Part shown: positions 1 through 7,998 of the stretch, piece by piece
Layout of the letters: every line of letters starts with the position of its first letter
Position numbering within the stretch: position 1 is the first letter of the stretch
Translations under genes and position numbers: made by a program
DNA from: Gemmatimonadaceae bacterium
GTDB lineage: Bacteria; Gemmatimonadota; Gemmatimonadetes; Gemmatimonadales; Gemmatimonadaceae
Length of the DNA stretch: 44,122 nt
Direction: 5' to 3'
NCBI GenBank assembly: GCA_036555845.1
Contig: DATBKN010000539.1
Location: 1-44,122, forward strand
Notes under the pieces: generated by a model
The model's input: only the letters and a program-made list of their open reading frames with translations
Told to the model about the DNA's origin: nothing
Databases searched by the model: none

Positions 1-322
1 ACTCGCCGGTTGTGTCGGCACGCGTGACTCCTCCGTCTCGCGCCACGCGTCCGCTCACGACCTCGAACTTCAGTCTGTCGCCGGTCATGCGGTCATACAC
101 GGCTTCGTCTGTCGCGACGCTTCCCTTGCGGATCGGATTGAAGTAGCGCCTCGCACCGGCCGCCGTTGCCGTCACTTCATATATGATGCGGAACTTGGCC
201 GAGCCGGGCGCGAGCAGCTCGTAACGGGTGTAATGGTCCGCGTCGGTTTGTGGCGTGCGCTGCGCGGCGCCGAGCGCTGGAGCGCCGAATAGCAATAAGC
301 TCGTTAGGACGCGGCGCTTCAT
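1..322 (-). CDS. secreted hypothetical protein, N-terminal part only (3' end lies beyond the window edge)
   Basis: Absent from the ORF track because it runs off the window. Manual minus-strand translation from ATG 322..320 gives MKRRVLTSLLLFGAPALGAAQRTPQTDADHYTRYELLAPGSAKFRIIYEV..., which is signal-peptide-like and open to position 1. Its ATG overlaps the TGA of the upstream gene (ATGA). Confidence 0.55.
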   Translation of the reverse strand, partial: MKRRVLTSLLLFGAPALGAAQRTPQTDADHYTRYELLAPGSAKFRIIYEVTATAAGARRYFNPIRKGSVATDEAVYDRMTGDRLKFEVVSGRVARDGGVTRADTTGE

Positions 323-2262
323 GGGAGCGCGAATGCTTGCAGTTTGGCGCCCGGCCCCGGGCCGCCGGTCGCGATCAGCACGAACTGCTTGCCGGCCTTC
401 GTGCGATATGTCATGGGGTTCGCATAGCCGCGCTGGCCGAGGTCAGTCTGCCAGCGCACATGTCCGTCGTTGCTGTCGATCGCGTACAGCGTGTGGCCAC
501 CGCCAGTGATGAACACGAGACCGCCCTTCGTCGCCAGACCGCCAGGTGCGCCGCTGACGCCTAACGCCGGAGGCAGCTGCACACCGGCGAGAGCTGGATT
601 CCTACGCACGTCCGGCGTGTCACCGATGGGGATGTGCCACTTGTGCTCCCCGGTGTTAAGGTCGATCGCCGTGAGCGTGCCGTACGGCGGTTTGTTCAAC
701 GGCAGCGGAGTCGCGTTGGAATCGCGCTCCGTTCCCTCCGGTCCACCGCTGAGACGCACGCCTAACGAGGAGTTGCGGAGGTCCGCCATGTACGTGTCGT
801 CCACCGTGTCCGACTTCGTGGCCTGCTTGACGAGACGCCACAGACTCGGCGAATTCGACGCCTTTACGAAGAGCGTGTTCGTCTCCGGATCGAACGCCGC
901 TCCGCCCCAGCCCACACCACCGATCGAGCCTGGCATCGTCACAGTGCCCATTTCGCTCGGCGGCGAATACATCGGCCCGGCGACGTATTTGTTCAGCTCA
1001 GCCAACGCCGCGGCTTTGATCTCCGGCGTGTAGTCGAGCACGTCGTCAGGTCCGAATCCCTGCACGGCAACCGGCGCCGGGAGCGACGGGAACGGCTGCG
1101 TCGGCCAGGCGCGCTCGCCAGGCACATCGCTCGCGGGAACGGGACGCTCCTCGATCGGCCAGACGGGTCGCCCGGTTTGCCGATCGAAGACGAAGATCCA
1201 TCCCTGTTTCGTCGGGACGACGACTGCGTCGATGCTGCTGCCGCCGACATTGATCGTCACCAGGTTAGGCGGCGCGGGAAGATCGTAATCCCAGAGCCCG
1301 TGATGCGTGATCTGGTAATGCCAGACTCGCTGCCCGCTGCGCGCGTCCAGGCAAACGATCGACTCGGCGTACAAGTTCGCGCCTAACCGGCGGCCGCCAT
1401 ACCAGTCGTTGCTCGGCGTTCCAACCGGCAGATACAAATAACCGCGCGCGGTATCCACGGTGAACGGCGCCCAAACGTTCGTGTGACCGACGTAGCGCCA
1501 CGACTCTTTTTCCCACGTGGCGTTACCGGAGTCTCCCGGCTCGGGGACCGTCCTGAAGCGCCACATGCGCTTCCCTGTGCGCACGTCGAACGCCTGCACG
1601 TCACCGGGTGGATCGCCCTTGTACACGAGGCGATCTCCAACGCCGTTCCCCACGATCACGAGGTCGTGCCACACGACCGGCGGCGACGTGTTCGTGTAGT
1701 GCCGTTTTTCGACGGGACGCGAGAGATCGCTCGTTAGGTCCACCTCACCGCTGCTGCCGAACGTGGAGATGGGCTGGCCGGTCGCCGCGTTGAGCGCGAT
1801 GAGCCGCCATCTGCTGTTGATGAAGATCCGGCGTTCGGTACCGTCGCTCCACATGGCGACACCGCGATGCACGAAGCCAGTGCCATTGGATGGCTGACCA
1901 GGACGATACGCCTCCGGATCGAACTCCCAGTATTTCGCACCTGTCGTGGGATCGAGCGCCACGACGCGATTGAACGGCGTGCTGAAATACAGCGTGTCGT
2001 TGACCATGATCGGTGTCGTCTGGAACATCCCCGGACGAGCGGCTTTCGTCGAATCGCTTTCCGCGATCGGCTGCTCGCCGGTCTCCCAGGCCCAGGCGCT
2101 CGTCAGGCGCACCACATTGCCGCGATTGATATCCGCGAGCGGCGAGTACTTCATCCCTCCGGGATCACCACCGTATGCCGGCCACTCGACCATTCCGCGC
2201 ACGCTCGGCTGACTACACGCTCCGATCGTGCCCAGCAACACTGCCGCGGCGAGACGCTTCAC
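319..2262 (-). CDS. PQQ-dependent (quinoprotein) sugar/glucose dehydrogenase family, lipoprotein
   Basis: 647-aa ORF with a lipobox-type signal (LLGTIGAC). The EWPAYGGDPGGMKYSPL N-terminal motif and repeated Trp-docking propeller blades are typical of PQQ dehydrogenases. The GTG start overlaps the stop of the next gene (GTGA at 2259-2262). Confidence 0.85.
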   Translation of the reverse strand: MKRLAAAVLLGTIGACSQPSVRGMVEWPAYGGDPGGMKYSPLADINRGNVVRLTSAWAWETGEQPIAESDSTKAARPGMFQTTPIMVNDTLYFSTPFNRVVALDPTTGAKYWEFDPEAYRPGQPSNGTGFVHRGVAMWSDGTERRIFINSRWRLIALNAATGQPISTFGSSGEVDLTSDLSRPVEKRHYTNTSPPVVWHDLVIVGNGVGDRLVYKGDPPGDVQAFDVRTGKRMWRFRTVPEPGDSGNATWEKESWRYVGHTNVWAPFTVDTARGYLYLPVGTPSNDWYGGRRLGANLYAESIVCLDARSGQRVWHYQITHHGLWDYDLPAPPNLVTINVGGSSIDAVVVPTKQGWIFVFDRQTGRPVWPIEERPVPASDVPGERAWPTQPFPSLPAPVAVQGFGPDDVLDYTPEIKAAALAELNKYVAGPMYSPPSEMGTVTMPGSIGGVGWGGAAFDPETNTLFVKASNSPSLWRLVKQATKSDTVDDTYMADLRNSSLGVRLSGGPEGTERDSNATPLPLNKPPYGTLTAIDLNTGEHKWHIPIGDTPDVRRNPALAGVQLPPALGVSGAPGGLATKGGLVFITGGGHTLYAIDSNDGHVRWQTDLGQRGYANPMTYRTKAGKQFVLIATGGPGPGAKLQAFALP

Positions 2263-3476
2263 GGAGTCACTCCGTCGTGTCGCACAACCGTGCCTCCCTT
2301 CATGACGAAGGACACGCGTTTGAGCGCCGTCATGTCAGTGAGCGGGTTGCCGCGCACGGCGATGATGTCGGCCTCGAGCCCAGGCGCGAGGGCGCCGATC
2401 TTCGCAGCCAGGCCTAACGACTCTGCGGCGCGCGATGTCGCCGAGACGAGCGCGTCCGCCGCCGGCTGCCCGCCTTCGTTCACGCGACAAATGAGATCGT
2501 CCACGTTGTGACCGTGTGCGCCGGCCACGGCATCTGTCCCCCACACGAGCTTGAGCCTCGGCGTGCGCGATGCCCGCTTGATGACGTCGACAGCCAGCGG
2601 GATCGCTTTCTCCATCGCGGCGAAACCTTCGGCGTTGTAGTTCCCGATCCCCTCGAAGTAGCGCTTGTTGCCGAGGTAATTGCTGAAGACGAGACCGCAC
2701 TGTGGCGAGAAGTACGTACCGCGCTGCGCCATCAGCTCGAGCACGTCATTCGTCACAAAGACGCCGTGTTCGATCTGGTCACAGCCTGCGAGCACAGCGG
2801 CTTTCACCGCGTCGGCGGCGTGCGCATGCACGAGCACGCGCAACCCTTGCTTGTGCGCCTCGTCGCACGCGGCGTTGAGCTGCTCCGGCGTCATGGTGGC
2901 GCCGCCGCCGTCGCGAATGCTCTTGGATGCAAAAAGCTTCACGAGGTCCGCGCCGCGCGCCTTCATCTCGCGGATGCGAGTGCGCAACTCGTCGGGCGAG
3001 CTGCGTTCGTTGAAGGAGCCTAACGAGGTCAGGATGCGCGGCCCCGCGACGCGCCCGCGGGCGATCGCGTCGCGCAAGTCCGCGTCCTCGGGCGATCCGG
3101 GACTCTGCACCGTCGTAACGCCGCCGCGCAGCGTCGCCATCGCATTGCCGGCCCACGCGAGAGCTTGCACGGCCGGCGAGTCGCCGTCGTCGTTCGTGTG
3201 CAGGCGCTCTTTGCTATTGAGGTACCAGACGATGTGCGCATGCACATCCACGAGACCGGGGAGGAGGGTAACGTCGCCGAGGTCAAAACGCTGGCCGCGG
3301 AAGTCGCGCGGTGCTGCGCCGACCTGAGTGATGCGACCACCGTCGACGATGATGGCGACGTTTTGCTGCAGCTGACCGCGGCCGTCGAACAGGCGATTGG
3401 CAGTGATCAGGATTTGAGCACCGGTCACTGCCGGCAATCCGGCGCCTAACGCGATACCGAAGAGAAGACGGCGCAT
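2259..3476 (-). CDS. metal-dependent amidohydrolase family protein (secreted)
   Basis: 405-aa ORF with a signal peptide. It has the LLPGLVDVHAHI HxH metal-binding motif and later His/Asp ligands typical of the amidohydrolase superfamily. Confidence 0.85.
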   Translation of the reverse strand: MRRLLFGIALGAGLPAVTGAQILITANRLFDGRGQLQQNVAIIVDGGRITQVGAAPRDFRGQRFDLGDVTLLPGLVDVHAHIVWYLNSKERLHTNDDGDSPAVQALAWAGNAMATLRGGVTTVQSPGSPEDADLRDAIARGRVAGPRILTSLGSFNERSSPDELRTRIREMKARGADLVKLFASKSIRDGGGATMTPEQLNAACDEAHKQGLRVLVHAHAADAVKAAVLAGCDQIEHGVFVTNDVLELMAQRGTYFSPQCGLVFSNYLGNKRYFEGIGNYNAEGFAAMEKAIPLAVDVIKRASRTPRLKLVWGTDAVAGAHGHNVDDLICRVNEGGQPAADALVSATSRAAESLGLAAKIGALAPGLEADIIAVRGNPLTDMTALKRVSFVMKGGTVVRHDGVTP

Positions 3477-3477
3477 C

Positions 3478-3533
3478 GAGGTCAGAGGTCAGAGGTCAGA
3501 GGCTAAGGACGACGGACTAAGGACTACGGACTA
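3478..3533 (-). repeat. heptad array of stop triplets (TAGTCCN / TGACCTC units) between GMC oxidoreductase stop and amidohydrolase start
   Basis: The minus strand reads TAGTCCG TAGTCCT TAGTCCG TCGTCCT TAGCCTC TGACCTC TGACCTC TGACCTC, then G, then ATG. The second TAG is the real stop codon. Confidence 0.9.
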
Positions 3534-5143
3534 TTCGAAGCTGATGCCCGCCCCGGAAATACTTCCCCGATCTGTGACGCGCTGCGCAACGATAACGCGC
3601 AGAATGTTAGCGTAGCATTGGCACATCCCGCAGTCGGCATCGTCGGCGCGCCGACGACGAACAGATTCTCATGGTCGTGCGTACGTCCGTAGGAATCGAC
3701 GACGCTCTGGCCGGGATCAGCACCCATACGGCATCCGCCGGCTGGATGATCCTGAAAGTCGTCGACGCTTTTGCGCAGGATCCGCCCGTTGCCGGCGCGC
3801 GCGAGACGCTCGAAGAGCTTCGTGATTTCTTCTTCCTGATATGGCCGCAACGTCTTCGATTCTCCGCTGTCGCGCATCCTGACCGCGGGAAGCGGTGTCC
3901 CCCACGGCGTCTTGCGCGAGCTATCGAGCGCCAGCTCGCTCTCGCGCGCGGGGAGCACGTCGTAGTACGAGCGCACCCTCGTCGTCCCCTTCTTCACGCG
4001 CTCGCGCCAGTCGGCAAGAATGCCGTCGCCTAACAAAAGCTCGCCTGAATCGGAACGCAGCCGCGCCTCACGGGCGAAGCTCGATTCCCAGACGCGCAGG
4101 TCGTGACGCAGGTATCTGTCCGTCGACGGCGCTGGCCGCATGAAGGCTTTCGATACCAGCGAGTGCTGCTCGTTGATGCCGGGATAGAGCTCCATCGGCA
4201 GCTCGATGAACGCCTGCACATTGCGGTGCCCGCAGAGATACTTGCCAACGAGCCCTGACGAATTCGCCAGCCCGTCAGGGAAGCGTGAGTCGGCCGACGT
4301 GAGCAGTAAGTACGAGCTCCAAACATAACCGCACGCCACGACGAACGTCTTCGCGCGAATCTGCAGCGGTTCATTCGCCCGATCGCGCGATACAGCTTCA
4401 GCGACTTCGATCTGTTTGGAGCCCTGCTTGGCAGTCAAGCGCCTAACGTGTGTTCGAGAGTACAAACGTACGCGGCCGTTCGCGCGCAACGCGCGCCACG
4501 TCATATCCGGGTTGTACTTCGCTCCTACGGGGCAAATGGGGAAGCACGTGTCGTTGCGGCAGCACGCGCCGCGGCCTTCGCGCGCGACGGAGAGCTTGGC
4601 CGACGGCTGACTCCACATCGGGATGCCGGCGCTCGTCATCCAGTCGCGCAGCATCGTTAGGTTGTACGTCAGCGGCAAGGCGGGCAGCGGGAACGGCTTG
4701 GAGCGCGGGTCCAGCACGCTCGGCCCCTGTTCACCAGCCACGCCCATGCGCTCTTCGGCTTCCTGATAAAACGGATCCAGCTCGTCATATGTCAGCGCCC
4801 AGTCGCTGCCAACGCCATACAACGATCGCACGCGAAAATCTTCCGGAGAGAAGCGGGGGGTGACGCCACCCCAGTGCATCGCGAGCCCGCCCACCTGCAT
4901 CGAGCGGGACTGAATGCCCTCCACGTCGAGGCCATCGAGGTGATCGCGTGGCCACGGACTTTCACCATAGTCGAGGAAGCGCGAACGCAGCGCGTGCAGG
5001 TTCTGCGTCGGCGGCGCTTCATCACCTGTTTCCAGCACGACGATGTCGGCGCGCCGCGTCTCGGCCAGCTTCCACGCGACCATTGCCGCGCTGATGCCCG
5101 AGCCGACGATGCACACGTCGGTCTCGATCACGCGCGCCGTCAT
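3524..5143 (-). CDS. GMC family FAD-dependent oxidoreductase
   Basis: FAD-binding fold DVCIVGSGISAAMVAW at the N-terminus and a C-terminal GMC-type HPAGGCRMG region. The start is placed at the internal ATG 5143..5141, which overlaps the TGA of the upstream small-subunit gene (ATGA). The ORF-track start at 5215 would overlap that gene by 75 nt. Confidence 0.85.
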   Translation of the reverse strand: MTARVIETDVCIVGSGISAAMVAWKLAETRRADIVVLETGDEAPPTQNLHALRSRFLDYGESPWPRDHLDGLDVEGIQSRSMQVGGLAMHWGGVTPRFSPEDFRVRSLYGVGSDWALTYDELDPFYQEAEERMGVAGEQGPSVLDPRSKPFPLPALPLTYNLTMLRDWMTSAGIPMWSQPSAKLSVAREGRGACCRNDTCFPICPVGAKYNPDMTWRALRANGRVRLYSRTHVRRLTAKQGSKQIEVAEAVSRDRANEPLQIRAKTFVVACGYVWSSYLLLTSADSRFPDGLANSSGLVGKYLCGHRNVQAFIELPMELYPGINEQHSLVSKAFMRPAPSTDRYLRHDLRVWESSFAREARLRSDSGELLLGDGILADWRERVKKGTTRVRSYYDVLPARESELALDSSRKTPWGTPLPAVRMRDSGESKTLRPYQEEEITKLFERLARAGNGRILRKSVDDFQDHPAGGCRMGADPGQSVVDSYGRTHDHENLFVVGAPTMPTAGCANATLTFCALSLRSASQIGEVFPGRASASNSP

Positions 5144-5754
5144 GCTGGCCCCGTGGACGCGCGTGCTTCCGCGAGCGGAAGCGGCTTGCGGCCGTTGTGC
5201 GCGAGCGGCCGGCACTTGTTGCGTCCGATACGAGCGCGATAACAGAGATCTGTGGCGTCGCTCGAATCGTAGAAATGCGCGAGCAAACCTAACGCGACGT
5301 GCGGCGCCGAAACGACGTTCGGAAGGCGTTCGCCTTTGAAATCGCTCAGCGCGTCGCGCACGAGCGCCTGGCGCTCGTTCACGTCTAGCGCGGCGAATGT
5401 CTTCTGGTGCTTGCCGCGAGCGGCACGATCCAGCGCGTTGAGCTGTGTCGCCCAGTTTGGAACCGGCGACGGAGCGGCGTAGCCGATCTTTGGAGAGCCG
5501 TACGGATGCAGCAGCTCGGCGCCTTCGCGATAACCGTTCATCCAGCGCCAGAACGCGTCGCTCGCGATCTCGAGCCGCGCCTGTCCCATTTCGCTGGGGA
5601 GGATCGCGGCGCCTAACGCGCGGATCGCGGCTTGCGATGGAATGGCACGCTGTCGCGCACCGCCCAACGCCAGACGTCGGCCCAGAGCGCGGAGGCTCCC
5701 CGGCAATGCCGCGACTGCACTCAACACCCCGACGAATTGTCGCCTTGTGAACAT
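5140..5754 (-). CDS. gluconate 2-dehydrogenase subunit 3-like small subunit with a twin-arginine signal
   Basis: MFTRRQFVGVLSAVAALPG TAT signal. Small subunit genes of this kind typically precede a GMC flavoprotein gene. The start is chosen at the ATG of MFTRRQF, so it is somewhat uncertain. Confidence 0.65.
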   Translation of the reverse strand: MFTRRQFVGVLSAVAALPGSLRALGRRLALGGARQRAIPSQAAIRALGAAILPSEMGQARLEIASDAFWRWMNGYREGAELLHPYGSPKIGYAAPSPVPNWATQLNALDRAARGKHQKTFAALDVNERQALVRDALSDFKGERLPNVVSAPHVALGLLAHFYDSSDATDLCYRARIGRNKCRPLAHNGRKPLPLAEARASTGPA

Positions 5755-5869
5755 CGACGATCGCTCCAAAAGCAACTGCGGCTGACAGCTAACGCGCGTA
5801 AGAGCTACGACTTAATCACTTGCCTCACAAGACTTTCCCATCGAACACCATCACACTCAATTGGTGAAC

Positions 5870-6409
5870 ATGGAGATCGTGTTACCGAACTGCGTCGTGC
5901 GCGAATTCCGTCCCGGCGACGAGGAAAGTCTCGCCCGGCACGCGAACGACCGCCGGATCTGGCGCAACCTGAAGGACGCATTCCCGCATCCGTATACGCT
6001 GGACCACGCACGCGCCTGGGTTGCGCAGAACCAACACCAACAGCCGCCGCATCACTTCGCGATCGAGGTTGGCGGACAGGTCGTCGGCGGCATCGGGCTC
6101 GAGTTCAAGCCCGACATCTGGCGCTATTCGGCCGAATTCGGCTATTGGCTCTCCCCGGACTACTGGGGACGCGGGATCATGTCCGGCGTGTTGAACGCTG
6201 TCGTGGACTACGCGTTCGCGAGGTTCGACATCAACCGTCTCTGGGCCGGCGCTTTCGACTGGAATCCCGCGTCGGCGCGCGTGCTGGAGAAAGCGGGTTT
6301 CGTCCTGGAGGCGCGTCTAAAGGAGAGCGCCTACAAGGACGGCGTCTTCGTCGATGAGGTGATTTACGCGATTGTGCGGCCTATCGGCCAGGCACGGAAT
6401 CCGGCCTAA
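5870..6409 (+). CDS. GNAT family N-acetyltransferase (RimJ/RimL-like)
   Basis: About 180-aa ORF with typical RimJ/L-type GNAT features (FAIEVGGQVVGGIGL, GYWLSPDYWGRGIM, NPASARVLEKAGF). Its TAA stop lies inside a CCTAAC motif that is shared with the convergent gene. Confidence 0.85.
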   Translation: MEIVLPNCVVREFRPGDEESLARHANDRRIWRNLKDAFPHPYTLDHARAWVAQNQHQQPPHHFAIEVGGQVVGGIGLEFKPDIWRYSAEFGYWLSPDYWGRGIMSGVLNAVVDYAFARFDINRLWAGAFDWNPASARVLEKAGFVLEARLKESAYKDGVFVDEVIYAIVRPIGQARNPA

Positions 6410-7560
6410 CGAACACCGGCGCAGAGCACGGCCATCGCCGGATCCGTCGTCTGGCAGCGTCCTGTCGCACCCACCTTCTGAACCGCCGGAGCGCTCCACA
6501 CGGGGCGCCAGCGCTTGGTGCTGCCGCGGCTGGGGCTGTTCGTCCAGCGGGCGCGCTCTCCGCGCACGTCGATGTGAGCGAAGGACCCACTCGGACCAAC
6601 AGCGTGATAGACGCCGACGCCGCCCACGAGCTCGGGGTAGCGCAGCTCCACCTTCTCCACGGCGCGCTGGATCACGTTGGCGTCGCCGATGTCGACGCGC
6701 CCGTCGCGATTGAGGTCGTCCATCCGGCCGTTTTTGTCGTTGTCGATGATGATGTCAGCCGCGTCGCCGAACTGATGCCGGCTGTGCTGCGCCATCGACC
6801 CTTCCACGGCACCTAACGAATTGTAGTACGGGTGCCGGAAGCCGGAGAGGACTTCCACATGCCCCGCCGATACGCCCGACGCCTCCAGCGTCTGCAGGAC
6901 GAGCTCCAGCTTGTCGAGAAGCTCTTCGCGCAGGACCACATACTTGGGCCAGACGTCGCGTTGGTCGTGCGTGATGAAGTTGTAAAGCATGAAGTGCTCG
7001 GAGAGCTGCGTGAACTGATTCTCCGGCGTCACCTCGATGAACCCTTCGGGATTCTCGTAATTCCACGCCATCTTGCGATGCTCTGCCGGCCAAAAGCCGA
7101 CGTGGTAGCCTTTTACGTAACGCCCGACCTTCTCGCGCCACGGCAGCATCGTCACAAAGGAAAACGTGAACTCGGCATCCTCGGCGGAGGCATTCATCTC
7201 GCGCACTCCCGGACCAACGGCCTTATCGCCGAAGCGGTCGGCCAGGACCGGGTACGCCGCGACTTCGTCGGAGAGGAGCAGCCTAACGCGCACCGCCCCG
7301 CTGCGGCCGAAAAGCGAATCACCGCGGACGACCGAGCCGCCCGCTGTGCGATGATGGATATTGGGGATGTTGACCAACTCGGCGCGCGGAGCCGCTGGCG
7401 CGGGTTTGTCGCCAGCCAGCAACTCGCGGCCAAAGAGCAGGCTGCCCCCGCCCAACGGAGCGAGGACGCCGAATGCAATGAGTCCCTTCCGCAGCGCGGG
7501 AGGGAACGACCGGTTCAGGAGCCCCATCATTCGAGGGACGAACCGGTGCGGGCCTGGCAA
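6406..7560 (-). CDS. DUF882 / peptidase M15A-like protein with an acidic Ca-binding-like insertion
   Basis: C-terminal half SGFRHPYYNSLGAVEGSMAQHSRHQFGDAADI ... GGVGVY ... FAHIDVRGERARW matches the YcbK/DUF882 (M15) zinc D,D-peptidase pattern. It is interrupted by DNDKNGRMDDLNRDGRVDIGD. The N-terminal region has a hydrophobic anchor. Confidence 0.65.
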   Translation of the reverse strand: MPGPHRFVPRMMGLLNRSFPPALRKGLIAFGVLAPLGGGSLLFGRELLAGDKPAPAAPRAELVNIPNIHHRTAGGSVVRGDSLFGRSGAVRVRLLLSDEVAAYPVLADRFGDKAVGPGVREMNASAEDAEFTFSFVTMLPWREKVGRYVKGYHVGFWPAEHRKMAWNYENPEGFIEVTPENQFTQLSEHFMLYNFITHDQRDVWPKYVVLREELLDKLELVLQTLEASGVSAGHVEVLSGFRHPYYNSLGAVEGSMAQHSRHQFGDAADIIIDNDKNGRMDDLNRDGRVDIGDANVIQRAVEKVELRYPELVGGVGVYHAVGPSGSFAHIDVRGERARWTNSPSRGSTKRWRPVWSAPAVQKVGATGRCQTTDPAMAVLCAGVR

Positions 7561-7637
7561 CCCTGGAAACCGGAAGGTTGTGCCGTACCAACGCGTTAGT
7601 CGTCATTTCCCCGGACGCGGACGTCACACGCGCAACC

Positions 7638-7666
7638 ATCAAATGGGGGTCAGACCCCATTTGATT
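7638..7666. repeat. palindromic element, copy 1 (ATCAAATGGGGGTCAGACCCCATTTGATT)
   Basis: Core GGGGTC-A-GACCCC with palindromic A/T-rich flanks, in the divergent intergenic region. Confidence 0.85.
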
Positions 7667-7692
7667 CCTGGAACGACGGCGGGAGGAAAGTT

Positions 7693-7998
7693 TTGGCTCA
7701 CGTCGCATTCGCTGCATCCACACCTGCTGTGGCAAAGACAGTTCGACCGCGCGATCGCTTTTTGGACGCGTTGGCGGGCGTATGCATCATCTCCGGCGTG
7801 GCACTCTTTCTGTTTGCGCGCCGCACCCTGACGCACATTGCGACCGGCGGACTGACGCTCCCGGCCAGCGGTCTCACGCACGTCGCGTATACCGACTCCG
7901 TCGTCTTGCGTACGCGCGTCGGCCTCTGGCTTGTTGTCGTCGGCGCGACGCTGGCCGTCGCGTCAGCGATCAGCCACCGCTTTCGGCGCAGCGCCTAA
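7693..7998 (+). CDS. small membrane protein, hypothetical
   Basis: 101-aa ORF with two hydrophobic helices. The TTG start is preceded by GGAGG at 7682-7686, and the TAA stop lies inside a CCTAAC motif. Confidence 0.5.
   Translation: MAHVAFAASTPAVAKTVRPRDRFLDALAGVCIISGVALFLFARRTLTHIATGGLTLPASGLTHVAYTDSVVLRTRVGLWLVVVGATLAVASAISHRFRRSA

Noticed and set aside
470-1033. Numerous 60-300 aa ORFs antisense to or overlapping the annotated genes, for example 470-1033 +, 12073-12963 -, 16320-17216 +, 23359-24159 + and 26983-27516 -.
   Set aside because: They are Arg/Ala/Pro/Ser-rich with no motifs and lie opposite ORFs with strong family signatures. This is the expected artefact of scarce stop codons in high-GC DNA.
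3478-3533. Heptad and other short tandem repeats (also 11430-11461 and 33560-33607) as CRISPR arrays.
   Set aside because: The units are 7 nt with no spacers, the arrays are under 60 nt, and no cas genes are present.
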